Shown piece after piece: positions 10,452 through 19,563 of a stretch of 64,000 nucleotides of DNA (position 1 is its first letter; each line of letters opens with the position of its first letter). A program made the translations under genes and the position numbers. This DNA is from an uncultured Gemmatimonadaceae bacterium (GTDB lineage: Bacteria > Gemmatimonadota > Gemmatimonadetes > Gemmatimonadales > Gemmatimonadaceae): contig CAVXGK010000001.1 of assembly GCA_963761305.1 (NCBI GenBank), positions 1,408,001 through 1,472,000 on the forward strand. Direction: 5' to 3'. The notes under the pieces are model-generated. The model ran no database searches. It saw nothing but the letters and a program-made list of their open reading frames with translations, and was not told the DNA's origin.

Positions 10452-12304
10452 CAATCGCGCGGCGCGTGCGACTCGAGCGTCACGGGCTTGGTGATGCGCA
10501 CGATCGGGAAGTCGGCGTGCGCCGCGAGAATGCCGTCGAGGAACGACCACTGCGCGAGGCCGTCTTCCGACTCGGGCTCGAGCAAGTAGAACGCGGCGAG
10601 GCCGCGCGGCTGCCCGGCACGGACGACGTAGCTCTTGGCCGGCAGCGTGCGCGACGCGGGCACGCCCCAGTGTCCAGTGACATCCTTGAGCTCGCGCGCC
10701 GTCTCGGATCGTCCGCGGTCGATCACGCTGTCGACGGCGAACGCCTGCACCGTGGCCGACGCCGGCGCGCCGAGCTGCTCGACGGCGATTCCATGGATTT
10801 TGAGGATCGGCAGCAACGCGGCGGCGGTCGTCGAGTCGAACGCGTAGCCGAACGGCAGCGTGGATGTGAGCGTCGGCGTGAACGACGCCACCACCGGCAT
10901 GCGAACCAGTTTCACGACGCCGATTCGCTGGCGATTGCCGAGTCCTGCCTCGCGTTTCGTGGAATCGGTGAGCGGTACGACCACCTCGACGCGCACGTCT
11001 TCGATGCGCGTCGTGTCCATGCGCGACTTGAGCGACAGCGGCGGCGAGCTGCCCGGCTTCGCCGCCCACGACGCGACCTTGGCGTCGCCGGCCGGGCCGA
11101 GCGCGCGAATCTCGCGGCCGTGCTGGGCAACGTACGAGAGGATCTCGCTCACGAAGTCGTAGGTCGATGCGACGCGACGCGCGAACGGATCGTGCGAGAA
11201 CGCTTCGCTCAGAATCGCGAGGCGATTGCGCAGGCCGTAGTAGTTCGTGCCGTAGCGCGCGAGCGATTCGTAGGTCGAGAACGCCCAGCCCTTGGATGGA
11301 ATGGAGTCGGCGATCATTTGCTCGAGGCCGGGGCCTCTTCCACCGAAGCCGCCACCACCGCCGCCGCCACCCGCTCCACCCGCGCCACGACCGGCCGCGC
11401 GTCCGGCGCTGTCGGGCGGCGCGCCGCGTCGTCCGCCGGCGCCCCGGGCGCCGCGGGGAACGTCCGTGCGGCTGAAATCGCCGTAGTCCTGGATGTAGAA
11501 CCCTTCGCGGTCGAGCATCCGCTTGCGAATCTCGGCCATCATGCTCGATGAATACGACAACACGTTGACTGCCGTCGGCGTGAGCGGCGGCGCATAGGTG
11601 AGCGCGTAGCCGTGGATGCTGCCGTCGGTGGTGTGGAGATCCATGAAGAGATCCGGATTCCACTTATTGAGCATTTCGAACGCGCCTTTGGTCTCCGGCG
11701 CGTCGGCGCCGATGTAGTCGCGATTGAGATTCCAGCCCGACGCGTTTTGCCGCGTGCCGACGAGCTCGGGTCCGTTCTGCGCGCCGCGATTGCGCGCCTG
11801 CGGTCCCCACTTCTCGTTGCCGTCGGCGTTGTAGATCGGCTGCACAATGAGCACGATCGAGTCGAGCACGTTCTTGTGCTTGTCGAACAGGAGGTCGCGC
11901 AGCAACGACTGCATCGCCTCTTTGCCTTCGACTTCACCGGCGTGGATGTTCGCCTGGATGTACGCGATGGGGCGGCCGAGCCGGCGCGCTTCGGCCGGCG
12001 TCGTGACCAGCGGCCGCGACGCGATGACGTACGGCAGCTCGCGTCCTTCGATCGTCTTGCCGATGGAGCCGGTGGCGATCTTCGCGCCGAGCAGCTTCAG
12101 CGAATCGATGAACGTGACGACGTCGTCGTAGTGCGACGTCTCGGCGAAGTTGGTACGTTCGGCGCGCGTGAGCGGCCGTTTGCCGACGAAGCTCTCGAGC
12201 GTGTATTTGCTCTTGGTCGGAATACTGTAGTTGTCGACCTGCTGAGCGACGCAGGGCCACGCTGACAGCAGGAGCACGGCCCCGAACGACGCGGCACGGC
12301 GCAT
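10451..12304 (-). CDS. Secreted M14 family zinc carboxypeptidase
   Basis: Signal peptide; HAGE (HxxE), NADG, NLNRD, DLH motifs. Confidence 0.88.
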   Translation of the reverse strand: MRRAASFGAVLLLSAWPCVAQQVDNYSIPTKSKYTLESFVGKRPLTRAERTNFAETSHYDDVVTFIDSLKLLGAKIATGSIGKTIEGRELPYVIASRPLVTTPAEARRLGRPIAYIQANIHAGEVEGKEAMQSLLRDLLFDKHKNVLDSIVLIVQPIYNADGNEKWGPQARNRGAQNGPELVGTRQNASGWNLNRDYIGADAPETKGAFEMLNKWNPDLFMDLHTTDGSIHGYALTYAPPLTPTAVNVLSYSSSMMAEIRKRMLDREGFYIQDYGDFSRTDVPRGARGAGGRRGAPPDSAGRAAGRGAGGAGGGGGGGGFGGRGPGLEQMIADSIPSKGWAFSTYESLARYGTNYYGLRNRLAILSEAFSHDPFARRVASTYDFVSEILSYVAQHGREIRALGPAGDAKVASWAAKPGSSPPLSLKSRMDTTRIEDVRVEVVVPLTDSTKREAGLGNRQRIGVVKLVRMPVVASFTPTLTSTLPFGYAFDSTTAAALLPILKIHGIAVEQLGAPASATVQAFAVDSVIDRGRSETARELKDVTGHWGVPASRTLPAKSYVVRAGQPRGLAAFYLLEPESEDGLAQWSFLDGILAAHADFPIVRITKPVTLESHAPRD

Positions 12305-12369
12305 GAACGAATCCCCGGCGGTTGGACGGGGAATTGTACCCGATCGAGTCGTGGCGACGCTACTCTGAA

Positions 12370-12990
12370 TTACTCGGACGGCTTGCCGTTCGTGGCGCCG
12401 CGCTGGAGGAGACCGCGCGCGCGCGTCTGCGCGGCCACGGTGGGGTCGGCGCCGCGGTCGATGTCCGCGCGCACGTTGCGCTGAAAGAGCGCGAACTCCT
12501 GGTCCTTCACGCCCGACCGCTCCAGCTGGATGACGAGGTTCGTGGCCGTCGGCGCGTCGATCTGCAGTCCGATCAAGTCGGTGAGCACAGCGAGCGGCAT
12601 CGTGACGGGACGCTTGCCCGCGGCGGCACGGACGCGCGCCAAGTCGTGGTCGGACACACCCGCTTCGATCGCCGTCGACGCCGCTTTGATCTCGTCGGCC
12701 GAGGCGTTGGTGCCCAGGACCGCGCGCGCCCTGGTCATGCGCACCCGGAGCTGCTGCACCGCGGTGACGATCTTGGGACCGTCGGAACCTTTGGCGGCGC
12801 CTTCGAGCGCTTTGTCGACGAGAGGCGCCGTGGGGAGCTTCGACGCGCGCGCCGAATCAACGATCGCATCGACCGCCAGTTGGGTGGGCTTGTCGAGACG
12901 AGCCACCAATCGCGGATCACCGCTGGCCTGCGCCGCGGCGACTCGCGCGACGAGCGAGAGCGCCGTCACGATGCGCAGAGACGCCTTCAT
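12370..12990 (-). CDS. Secreted hypothetical helical protein (third gene of ECF module)
   Basis: Signal peptide MKASLRIVTALSLVARVAAAQA; overlaps upstream gene by 4 bp. Confidence 0.75.
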   Translation of the reverse strand: MKASLRIVTALSLVARVAAAQASGDPRLVARLDKPTQLAVDAIVDSARASKLPTAPLVDKALEGAAKGSDGPKIVTAVQQLRVRMTRARAVLGTNASADEIKAASTAIEAGVSDHDLARVRAAAGKRPVTMPLAVLTDLIGLQIDAPTATNLVIQLERSGVKDQEFALFQRNVRADIDRGADPTVAAQTRARGLLQRGATNGKPSE

Positions 12991-13568
12991 TTTTCTTCTG
13001 GGACCACGATTGCCGAATTCGGAAGCCCGTAATCGTTGTCCACCACGCGCGGCGCAGTCGGATCGGCGACCCACACGCTGTCGTCGACGACGAACGAATA
13101 CCGATGATGGCCGACCGGAACCGGCGCCGTCACCGACCACACGCCACCGCCGCGATGCTGGGCCTGATAACCGGCGTGCTTCGCGTCCCAGCCGTTGAAG
13201 TCGCCGACGACGGCGACCTTTTTCGCGTCGGGCGCCACGAGCACGAACTGCACGCGCTGCGGCTGCGCCTTGTTCTGCGCCGGGAAGAGCGCGCTGGCGA
13301 TCGGTTTGGCGGCCCGGTCGATGTCCACCGCGGCGTGCATCGCGCCGAGCACGGCGAACAACGCGAGCGACGCGGCGAGCAGGCCCCACGTCAGCGGCGT
13401 GACCGTCACCGTGCGCGGCGTCGTGAGACGCACCCACAGCTTGATTCGCTCGTGACCGGGCAACCGACGCACCGCGGCCATCACCCGCGCGTCGAATGAC
13501 GCGCTCAAGCGCACCGGCGCGCGAAGCACGCGCGCGATTTGGCTGACCTTCACATCGTCATCAGACAC
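12987..13568 (-). CDS. Single-pass membrane protein with C-terminal CBM48/AMPK-beta-like glycogen-binding domain; probable anti-sigma factor
   Basis: TM segment, then VQFVLVAPDAKKVAVVGDFNGWD...GVWSVT...YSFVVD..WVADP; GAGGTG SD before GTG 13568. Confidence 0.8.
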   Translation of the reverse strand: MSDDDVKVSQIARVLRAPVRLSASFDARVMAAVRRLPGHERIKLWVRLTTPRTVTVTPLTWGLLAASLALFAVLGAMHAAVDIDRAAKPIASALFPAQNKAQPQRVQFVLVAPDAKKVAVVGDFNGWDAKHAGYQAQHRGGGVWSVTAPVPVGHHRYSFVVDDSVWVADPTAPRVVDNDYGLPNSAIVVPEEK

Positions 13569-14139
13569 TGTGCACCTCACTCAGCAGCTCGCGCAGACGT
13601 TCGCACGCGCGCATGACACGCATCTTGAGCGCCGAAACCCCGACGCCGGTGAGCAGCGACATCTCGTCGTAGCCCATTTCCTCCACATACTTCAACAGGA
13701 AGGCTTCGCGTTGGTCCTGACGCAGTTGCTGCAGGGCGCGATCGATCTCTTCGCGCCAAGCGCTCTGCTCGGCCGGATGATCTTCTGCCGCGCTGAGCAA
13801 CGCCGTCTCGTCCGCCACGAACGTCCGCGCCCGTCGTCCCCGTCGGGCCCCAACTGTTCGACACCGATTGACCAGAATGCGAAACAACCAGGCGCCAAAC
13901 CGTTCGGGGTCCTCGCACTGCCGCAACGACCGGTAGGCCCGCGTGAACGCGTCCTGCAATGCTTCTTCAGCGTCCTCGCGGTTGCCGAGCATGTGAAACG
14001 CGTACCGGGCATACCGGTCGCGATACCGCTCGACCAGCGTACCGAACGCGTCCACGTCGCCGCGCAACACCTGAGATACGACGATTGCGTCCGAGCTAGC
14101 TTCCACGTCGAATGACCTACGGTGATCGGAGAGGGTCAC
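13561..14139 (-). CDS. ECF RNA polymerase sigma factor
   Basis: DAEEALQDAFTRAY, FGAWLFRILVN, YDEMSLLTGVGVSALKMRVMRA; start uncertain (GTG 14139 or 14106). Confidence 0.88.
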   Translation of the reverse strand: MTLSDHRRSFDVEASSDAIVVSQVLRGDVDAFGTLVERYRDRYARYAFHMLGNREDAEEALQDAFTRAYRSLRQCEDPERFGAWLFRILVNRCRTVGARRGRRARTFVADETALLSAAEDHPAEQSAWREEIDRALQQLRQDQREAFLLKYVEEMGYDEMSLLTGVGVSALKMRVMRACERLRELLSEVHSV

Positions 14140-14213
14140 AATTGCTGTACGTGGTGGTAAATCAGGCACTTGCGGCTGTCGCAGCACTAAGGAATCTCGC
14201 CGCTGCCTCAATT

Positions 14214-16355
14214 CTACCGCGAGCCGGGGTAAAAGCTCCGTCCTGCCGCTGCCATGTCCATCAATAGCCTGGCCGGCTCGAATCGCTTGGCAAATCGTAC
14301 GTTGAGGTCCTCCAACCGTTCTACGACCCGGCTCACACCGACGCTGTCCATGTAACGGAACGGTCCGCCTCGGAACGGCGGGAACCCGACACCGAACACC
14401 GCGCCAATATCGCCGTCGCGGGGTGAGCGAAGGATATCCTCCTCGAGGCAACGCGCCGCCTCGTTCAACATCGCCAACACGCAGCGGTCCGAAATCTCGG
14501 CCTTGTCGATCGGGCGCCGTTCGCCGCCGATGACCGCGTATACGCTCTGGTCGACCGGCCCTTTCGTTCCGTCGGGGCCGTATCGATAGAAGCCGTTGGA
14601 ACCCTTCCGACCGGTGCGGCCAGCCAGCACCACGCGCCGCATCGATTCCGGCGGCGTCATGCGCACGCCGAACGCTTCGGACAGCACCGTCGCGACTCGT
14701 CCGCCGACGTCGATCCCCACTTCGTCGAGCAGCGTGATCGGCCCAACCGGGAAGCCAAAGTCGACCAGCGACTCGTCGATCGTCTCCACCGCCGCGCCTT
14801 CGTCGAGCATGCGGCCAGCTTCGCTCATGTACGCCGACAGCGTGCGCGTCGTGTAGAACCCCGGTCCGTCGTTGACGACGATGACCGTCTTGCCGAGTCG
14901 CTTGCCGTACGCCACCGCGGTGACCGTCGATTGGCGGGACGTCGCCGGCGTGACGATCACTTCGAGCAGCGGCATGCGGTGCACCGGCGAGAAGAAGTGC
15001 ATTCCCAGCACGCGCTCGGGATGGCGCGCCGCTTCGGCGATGCGCGTGATCGGAATCGTGCTCGTGTTCGACGCATACACCGCCGACGCGTCGAGCACCG
15101 GCTCCACTTCGGCGAGCACCTGATGCTTGAGGGCGAGGTCCTCGAACACCGCTTCGATGACGAGATCCACCGCCTCGAATCCCGAGTAGTCGGTCGTCCC
15201 GCCGACGAGACTCATCGCGTCGTCGAGCTGGTGCGGCGTGATTTGCCGCCGCGCCACACGCTCCTGCACGACGCCGCGAATCGCCGCGAGTCCGTGTCCG
15301 ATGCGCGTCGCGTCGGTGTCCTTCAATCGGACGAGCGTTCCCTGCTGGACGGCGATCGCGGCGATGCCCGCGCCCATGAATCCCGCGCCCAGGACGGCGA
15401 GCCGGTCGATCTCACGCGGCTGCGGCGCCGGGTCGGGAACGCCGCGATCCTTTTTGAGCGAGGTGTTGGCGAAGAAGAGAAACACGAGTTGGCGCGAGAC
15501 CTCGGTCATCGCCATTTCGCCGAAGTGGCGTGCTTCTTCGGCGAACCCGTCGCCGTTGCTCGAGTAGCCGGCGACCACGGCGTCGAGCGCGGCGAGCGGC
15601 GCCGGATAGTGGCCGTGCGTTTTTTCGAGCACGCTTTGCCGAGCCTTCTTGAATACCACGCCGCGGCCGATCGGATTGCTCTCGAGGAGCAAGCTCGCCG
15701 GGCCGGCGCCGCGGCGCCGGGCAGGTTTGAGCGCGCCGCTCGCCAGCGCCCGCGCCCGTCCGAGGGCGAGCTCGCCGAGGATCGACGGGTGCACCATTTC
15801 GTCGACGAGTCCCATCTGCAGCGCGCGGCGCGCGCGAATCGTGCGGCCGGTGAGGATCATGTCCAACGCGGCTTGCAGGCCGACGCGCCGCGGCAGACGC
15901 TGCGTGCCGCCCATGCCGGGGATGAGCCCCAGCTGCACCTCGGGCACGGCGAACGTGGTGTGCGGGTGATCGGTGCAGATGCGGTACGCGCACGCCAGCG
16001 CGACCTCCAGGCCGCCGCCGAGGCACGCGCCGTGGATCGCCGCGACGACGGGGACGCGCAGCGACTCGAGTCGCGCCAGGAGATGCTGCCCCGTCCGGCT
16101 GACGCGCTCGGCCTCGCCGGCCGACCGGAGATCCAGAAACTGGTCGATATCGGCCCCGGCGATGAAGCCGTCGGGCTTTCCCGAAATCAATATCATCGCG
16201 TGAATGAGCGTATCCTCATCGACGCGCTGGAACACGTTCTCGAAATCGCCGACCAGGTCGAGGCCGAGCGTGTTGACCGGGTCGTCGCGGCAATCGATCG
16301 TCACGACGAGGACGTCGTCGATCAGTTCGGTGGTGAGGGTCGGCGGCCCGGTCAC
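14214..16355 (-). CDS. fadJ: Fatty acid oxidation complex alpha subunit (enoyl-CoA hydratase / 3-hydroxyacyl-CoA dehydrogenase)
   Basis: FIAGADI, CLGGGLE, PEVQLG, GAGFMG, ASNTS, GMHFFSPV. Confidence 0.93.
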   Translation of the reverse strand: MTGPPTLTTELIDDVLVVTIDCRDDPVNTLGLDLVGDFENVFQRVDEDTLIHAMILISGKPDGFIAGADIDQFLDLRSAGEAERVSRTGQHLLARLESLRVPVVAAIHGACLGGGLEVALACAYRICTDHPHTTFAVPEVQLGLIPGMGGTQRLPRRVGLQAALDMILTGRTIRARRALQMGLVDEMVHPSILGELALGRARALASGALKPARRRGAGPASLLLESNPIGRGVVFKKARQSVLEKTHGHYPAPLAALDAVVAGYSSNGDGFAEEARHFGEMAMTEVSRQLVFLFFANTSLKKDRGVPDPAPQPREIDRLAVLGAGFMGAGIAAIAVQQGTLVRLKDTDATRIGHGLAAIRGVVQERVARRQITPHQLDDAMSLVGGTTDYSGFEAVDLVIEAVFEDLALKHQVLAEVEPVLDASAVYASNTSTIPITRIAEAARHPERVLGMHFFSPVHRMPLLEVIVTPATSRQSTVTAVAYGKRLGKTVIVVNDGPGFYTTRTLSAYMSEAGRMLDEGAAVETIDESLVDFGFPVGPITLLDEVGIDVGGRVATVLSEAFGVRMTPPESMRRVVLAGRTGRKGSNGFYRYGPDGTKGPVDQSVYAVIGGERRPIDKAEISDRCVLAMLNEAARCLEEDILRSPRDGDIGAVFGVGFPPFRGGPFRYMDSVGVSRVVERLEDLNVRFAKRFEPARLLMDMAAAGRSFYPGSR

Positions 16356-17650
16356 GCGCGCTCCACGACCATCGCGTGGCCCAGGCCGCCGGCGGCGCAG
16401 ACGGTCATCAGGCCGAACTGTCCGCTGCGCCGCGCCAGCTCGTTGACCAACGACATGAGGATCCGCCCGCCCGTCGCGCCGAACGGATGTCCGATGGCGA
16501 TCGAGCCGCCCATCACGTTGAGTTTGGCGCGGTCGATCTCACCAACCGGATCGGCAAACCCGGCGCGTTCGGCCCATTCGTACGACGTGAATCCGGCGAG
16601 ATTGCAGAGCACCTGCGCGGCGAACGCCTCGTGCATCTCGACGAGATCCATCTCGGGGAGCGTCAAACCGGCGCGCTGCAACGCGAGCGGCGCCGCGAGC
16701 ACCGGCGCCATGAGCAGCTGTTCGCCGGGATCGACGGCCGCGTACGCATACGAGCGGATGAAGGCGAGCGGCCGGTACCCGAGCGTGCGCGCCCGCTCTT
16801 CGCTCATCAGCAGTACGGCGCTCGCGCCGTCGGTGAGGGGCGACGAGTTCCCGGCGGTCACCGATCCGTAGCGCTTGTCGAACACCGGTTTGAGCGCGGC
16901 GAGCGCGTCGATCGACGTATCCGTGCGAATGCCGTTGTCCGTGGCGAGCGAATCGCTGTACTTCGGCGGCACGTAGACCGGAAACATCTCGCCTGTGAGA
17001 CGACCGTCCTCGGTGGCAGCGGCGGCCATCCGATGCGAGCGGAGCGCGAACTGGTCCTGCGACTCGCGCGAGATGTGGTTGATCTTGGCCATCTTCTCGG
17101 CCGATTGCCCCATCGTTTCGCCCGTCGACGGCTCGGCGATGGCCGGCGTGATCGGCACGAGATCGCGGGGACGAATCGAGCTCACGATGCCCAGCTTCGC
17201 CGTCGTGCTCTTGGCGCGGGAAAGCGCCATCAGTTTGTCGGACATCGAGCGCGAATGGAGAATCGGCACGTTCGACAACGACTCCGCGCCACCGGCGATC
17301 AGGACGTCGTGATAGCCGATGAGGATCTGGTCGGCGGCGTCGGTGATGGCCTGGTTCGCCGACGCGCACGCGCGGCTCACCGTGTACGCCTCACAGCCCC
17401 GCGACAGCATCGGCAGCAGCGAGACCTCGCGCGCGATGTTGGGCGCCGTCACCGCGGGCACGACGGTCCCGTAGATGATGGCCTCCACCAGCCGGCCTTC
17501 CAGGCTCGTGCGCTGAATGAGCTCGGCGACCGCCAGCTTTCCCAGCTCGATCGCGCTGAGGCTTTTGAAGACCGTCCCCGCGCGCGCGAACGGCGTGCGG
17601 ACACCGGCGACGATTGCTACGCGGCGGCCCGACGTGCCGAGGGCTGGCAT
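16352..17650 (-). CDS. fadI: Acetyl-CoA C-acyltransferase (3-ketoacyl-CoA thiolase)
   Basis: PNIARE, SRACASA, HEAFA, GHPFGATG, CAAGG. Confidence 0.93.
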   Translation of the reverse strand: MPALGTSGRRVAIVAGVRTPFARAGTVFKSLSAIELGKLAVAELIQRTSLEGRLVEAIIYGTVVPAVTAPNIAREVSLLPMLSRGCEAYTVSRACASANQAITDAADQILIGYHDVLIAGGAESLSNVPILHSRSMSDKLMALSRAKSTTAKLGIVSSIRPRDLVPITPAIAEPSTGETMGQSAEKMAKINHISRESQDQFALRSHRMAAAATEDGRLTGEMFPVYVPPKYSDSLATDNGIRTDTSIDALAALKPVFDKRYGSVTAGNSSPLTDGASAVLLMSEERARTLGYRPLAFIRSYAYAAVDPGEQLLMAPVLAAPLALQRAGLTLPEMDLVEMHEAFAAQVLCNLAGFTSYEWAERAGFADPVGEIDRAKLNVMGGSIAIGHPFGATGGRILMSLVNELARRSGQFGLMTVCAAGGLGHAMVVERA

Positions 17651-17678
17651 GCGTGGAAACTGGCTTACCTTTGACCCA

Positions 17679-19310
17679 ATGCAAGGTCAGCTCCCGACTC
17701 GCGGCGAGCGATTCGCGGCGCTCGGCGCCCGAGAGTTCGACCTGCTCGTGATCGGCGGCGGGATCACTGGATGCGGCCTCGCGCGCGAGGCGGCGCTGCG
17801 CGGACTGAACGTCGCGCTCGTGGAGAAGAACGATTTCGCGAGCGGAACGTCGAGTCGCTCGTCGCGGCTCATTCACGGCGGTGTTCGGTATCTCGAGCAC
17901 GGACAGATTCATCTCGTCTTCGAGGCGAGCGCCGAACGGCGGCGGCTGCTGCAGCTCGCGCCGCACCTCGTGCATCCGCTCGCGTTTACCTGGCCGGTGT
18001 ATCGCGGCGCCCGCATCCCGCGCTGGAAGCTCGGCGCGGGACTCACGGTGTACGACGCATTGGCGCTGTTTCGCAACGTTCGGCGTCACCGGCGGTTGAG
18101 CGCGCGTGGCGTGCTGGAGCGGGAACCCGGGCTCAGCGGCGAGGGACTGCGCGGCGGTGCGCTGTACTACGACGCGGCCACCAACGACGCACGGCTCACG
18201 CTCGCCAACGCGATCGGCGCATCGGAGCGAGGCGCGGTCGTGCTCAATCACGCGCGCGTCGATTCGCTGATCGTGCGCGATGGGCGCATCGTCGGCGCGC
18301 GCGTCGCGGACGGTCTCTCCGGCCTGCGCACCGACGTACGGGCGAGAGTCGTCGTCAACGCGACCGGCCCGTGGAGCGACGCCGTGCGTTCGCTCGATCC
18401 GACGGCCGAGTCGGCGAGCGGCGCGAAAGCGATGCGCGGAAGCAAAGGCACTCATATCGCCGTTCCGCGCGAGCGAATCGGCAACCACGACGCGCTCACG
18501 CTGCTGTCGCCGGTGGACGGACGCGTGATGTTCGTGCTGCCGGCGGGCGTGTTCGCGATCGTGGGTACCACGGACACGTTCACCACGTCGTCGCCCGATG
18601 AGGTGCGCGCGACCGAAGCCGACGTGGCGTACCTGCTGGCGACGGCCAACCAGTTCTTTCCGCGCGCGGCGCTCACACGGCAGGACGTCGTCGCCGCGTG
18701 GGCCGGCATCCGACCGTTGCTTCCGTCGGCGGGCGACACGCCGGGGGCGGTGTCGCGCGAGCACGCGGTCGCCGTGAGCCGCGGCGGACTCGTCTCCATC
18801 ACCGGCGGCAAACTGACGACGTATCGCGTGATGGCGGGTGCCGTGTTGCGCGTCATGTCGCGCGCGCTCGGAAAAGGGAACGGCTCGGTGAGCGATGCGC
18901 CGCTGCCCGGTGGCGAGGTCCAATCGTTCGTGGAATTGGTCGCCGAGATTTCGCGGGAGACCGGCGACGCGTCGCTGAGTGAGCATCTGGCCGGATCGTA
19001 CGGCTCGCGCTGGCGCGACGTGTGGGCAGAGATCGACTCGTCCGACGGCCGCGCACCGTTGCTCGATGGCCGGCCTTACACGATCGGCGAGCTTCGCTAC
19101 TGCGTTCGGAACGAGATGGCGTGCACGCTCGGCGACCTGCTGATCCGCCGCACGAGGGTCGCCTTCGAGACGCGAGATCACGGCGCGTCGATCGCCGGAC
19201 GCGCGGCGGCGGGCGTCGCGAGTGCGTTGGGCTGGGGTCAACGCGCGATCGCGGCCGCGGAGGCCGCGTATGCCACGGAACTGTCGCGAATCTTTGCAAT
19301 CGAACCGTAG
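17679..19310 (+). CDS. glpD: FAD-dependent glycerol-3-phosphate dehydrogenase
   Basis: GGGITG, DFASGTSSRSSRLIHGGVRYLE, GGKLTTYR; start ATG 17679. Confidence 0.92.
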   Translation: MQGQLPTRGERFAALGAREFDLLVIGGGITGCGLAREAALRGLNVALVEKNDFASGTSSRSSRLIHGGVRYLEHGQIHLVFEASAERRRLLQLAPHLVHPLAFTWPVYRGARIPRWKLGAGLTVYDALALFRNVRRHRRLSARGVLEREPGLSGEGLRGGALYYDAATNDARLTLANAIGASERGAVVLNHARVDSLIVRDGRIVGARVADGLSGLRTDVRARVVVNATGPWSDAVRSLDPTAESASGAKAMRGSKGTHIAVPRERIGNHDALTLLSPVDGRVMFVLPAGVFAIVGTTDTFTTSSPDEVRATEADVAYLLATANQFFPRAALTRQDVVAAWAGIRPLLPSAGDTPGAVSREHAVAVSRGGLVSITGGKLTTYRVMAGAVLRVMSRALGKGNGSVSDAPLPGGEVQSFVELVAEISRETGDASLSEHLAGSYGSRWRDVWAEIDSSDGRAPLLDGRPYTIGELRYCVRNEMACTLGDLLIRRTRVAFETRDHGASIAGRAAAGVASALGWGQRAIAAAEAAYATELSRIFAIEP

Positions 19311-19368
19311 ACCGCGCTGTCGAAGCGTTGGCGTGGCACGCGCGGATCGAGCGGTTCGCCCGAATGGT

Positions 19369-19413
19369 CAACAATCTTGGCCAACGACAGAATTCTTGGA
19401 TCAAGATTCTTGT
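19369..19413 (+). promoter_or_regulatory. Three repeated sites CA(A/G)-N5-TTG, probable upstream activator sequences
   Basis: CAACAATCTTGG (19369), CAGAATTCTTGG (19388), CAAGATTCTTGT (19402); AT-rich island about 70-110 bp upstream of a -24/-12 promoter. Confidence 0.6.
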
Positions 19414-19478
19414 CTTCGCACCCGTCAATCTGACACCTGATTTCTCGTAAGACGTTGTGCTGGAGCGACTTGGCTGGG

Positions 19479-19494
19479 CGGCACGAACGCTGCT
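19479..19494 (+). promoter_or_regulatory. Sigma54 (-24/-12) promoter
   Basis: CGGCACGAACGCTGCT: GG(19480-81)-N10-GC(19492-93), close to consensus TGGCACG-N4-TTGCW; a sigma54 activator gene lies in the downstream cluster. Confidence 0.75.
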
Positions 19495-19563
19495 ATAGGG
19501 GACGCCGGCCGGACCCCTCCCGGCCGCAGTTTCCAACCCGTTCCGCGAGCCCAGGGCCTCCCC

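Noticed and set aside
9513..11663. 716-aa proline dehydrogenase with long N-terminal extension
   Set aside because: The extension overlaps the M14 peptidase in another frame; the true start is ATG 10451. The same applies to inflated starts for OsmC, dinB, rsgA, queG and the GMC enzyme.
14931..19241. Long antisense ORFs such as 14931..16871, 16376..17674 and 17391..19241 (and similar ones elsewhere, e.g. 50970..52790, 58188..60083)
   Set aside because: Shadow frames of well-supported genes in high-GC DNA; Arg/Ala-rich with no motifs.
19334..19350. Second TGGCACG as a sigma54 -24 box
   Set aside because: No GC at the required N10 spacing (reads TC).
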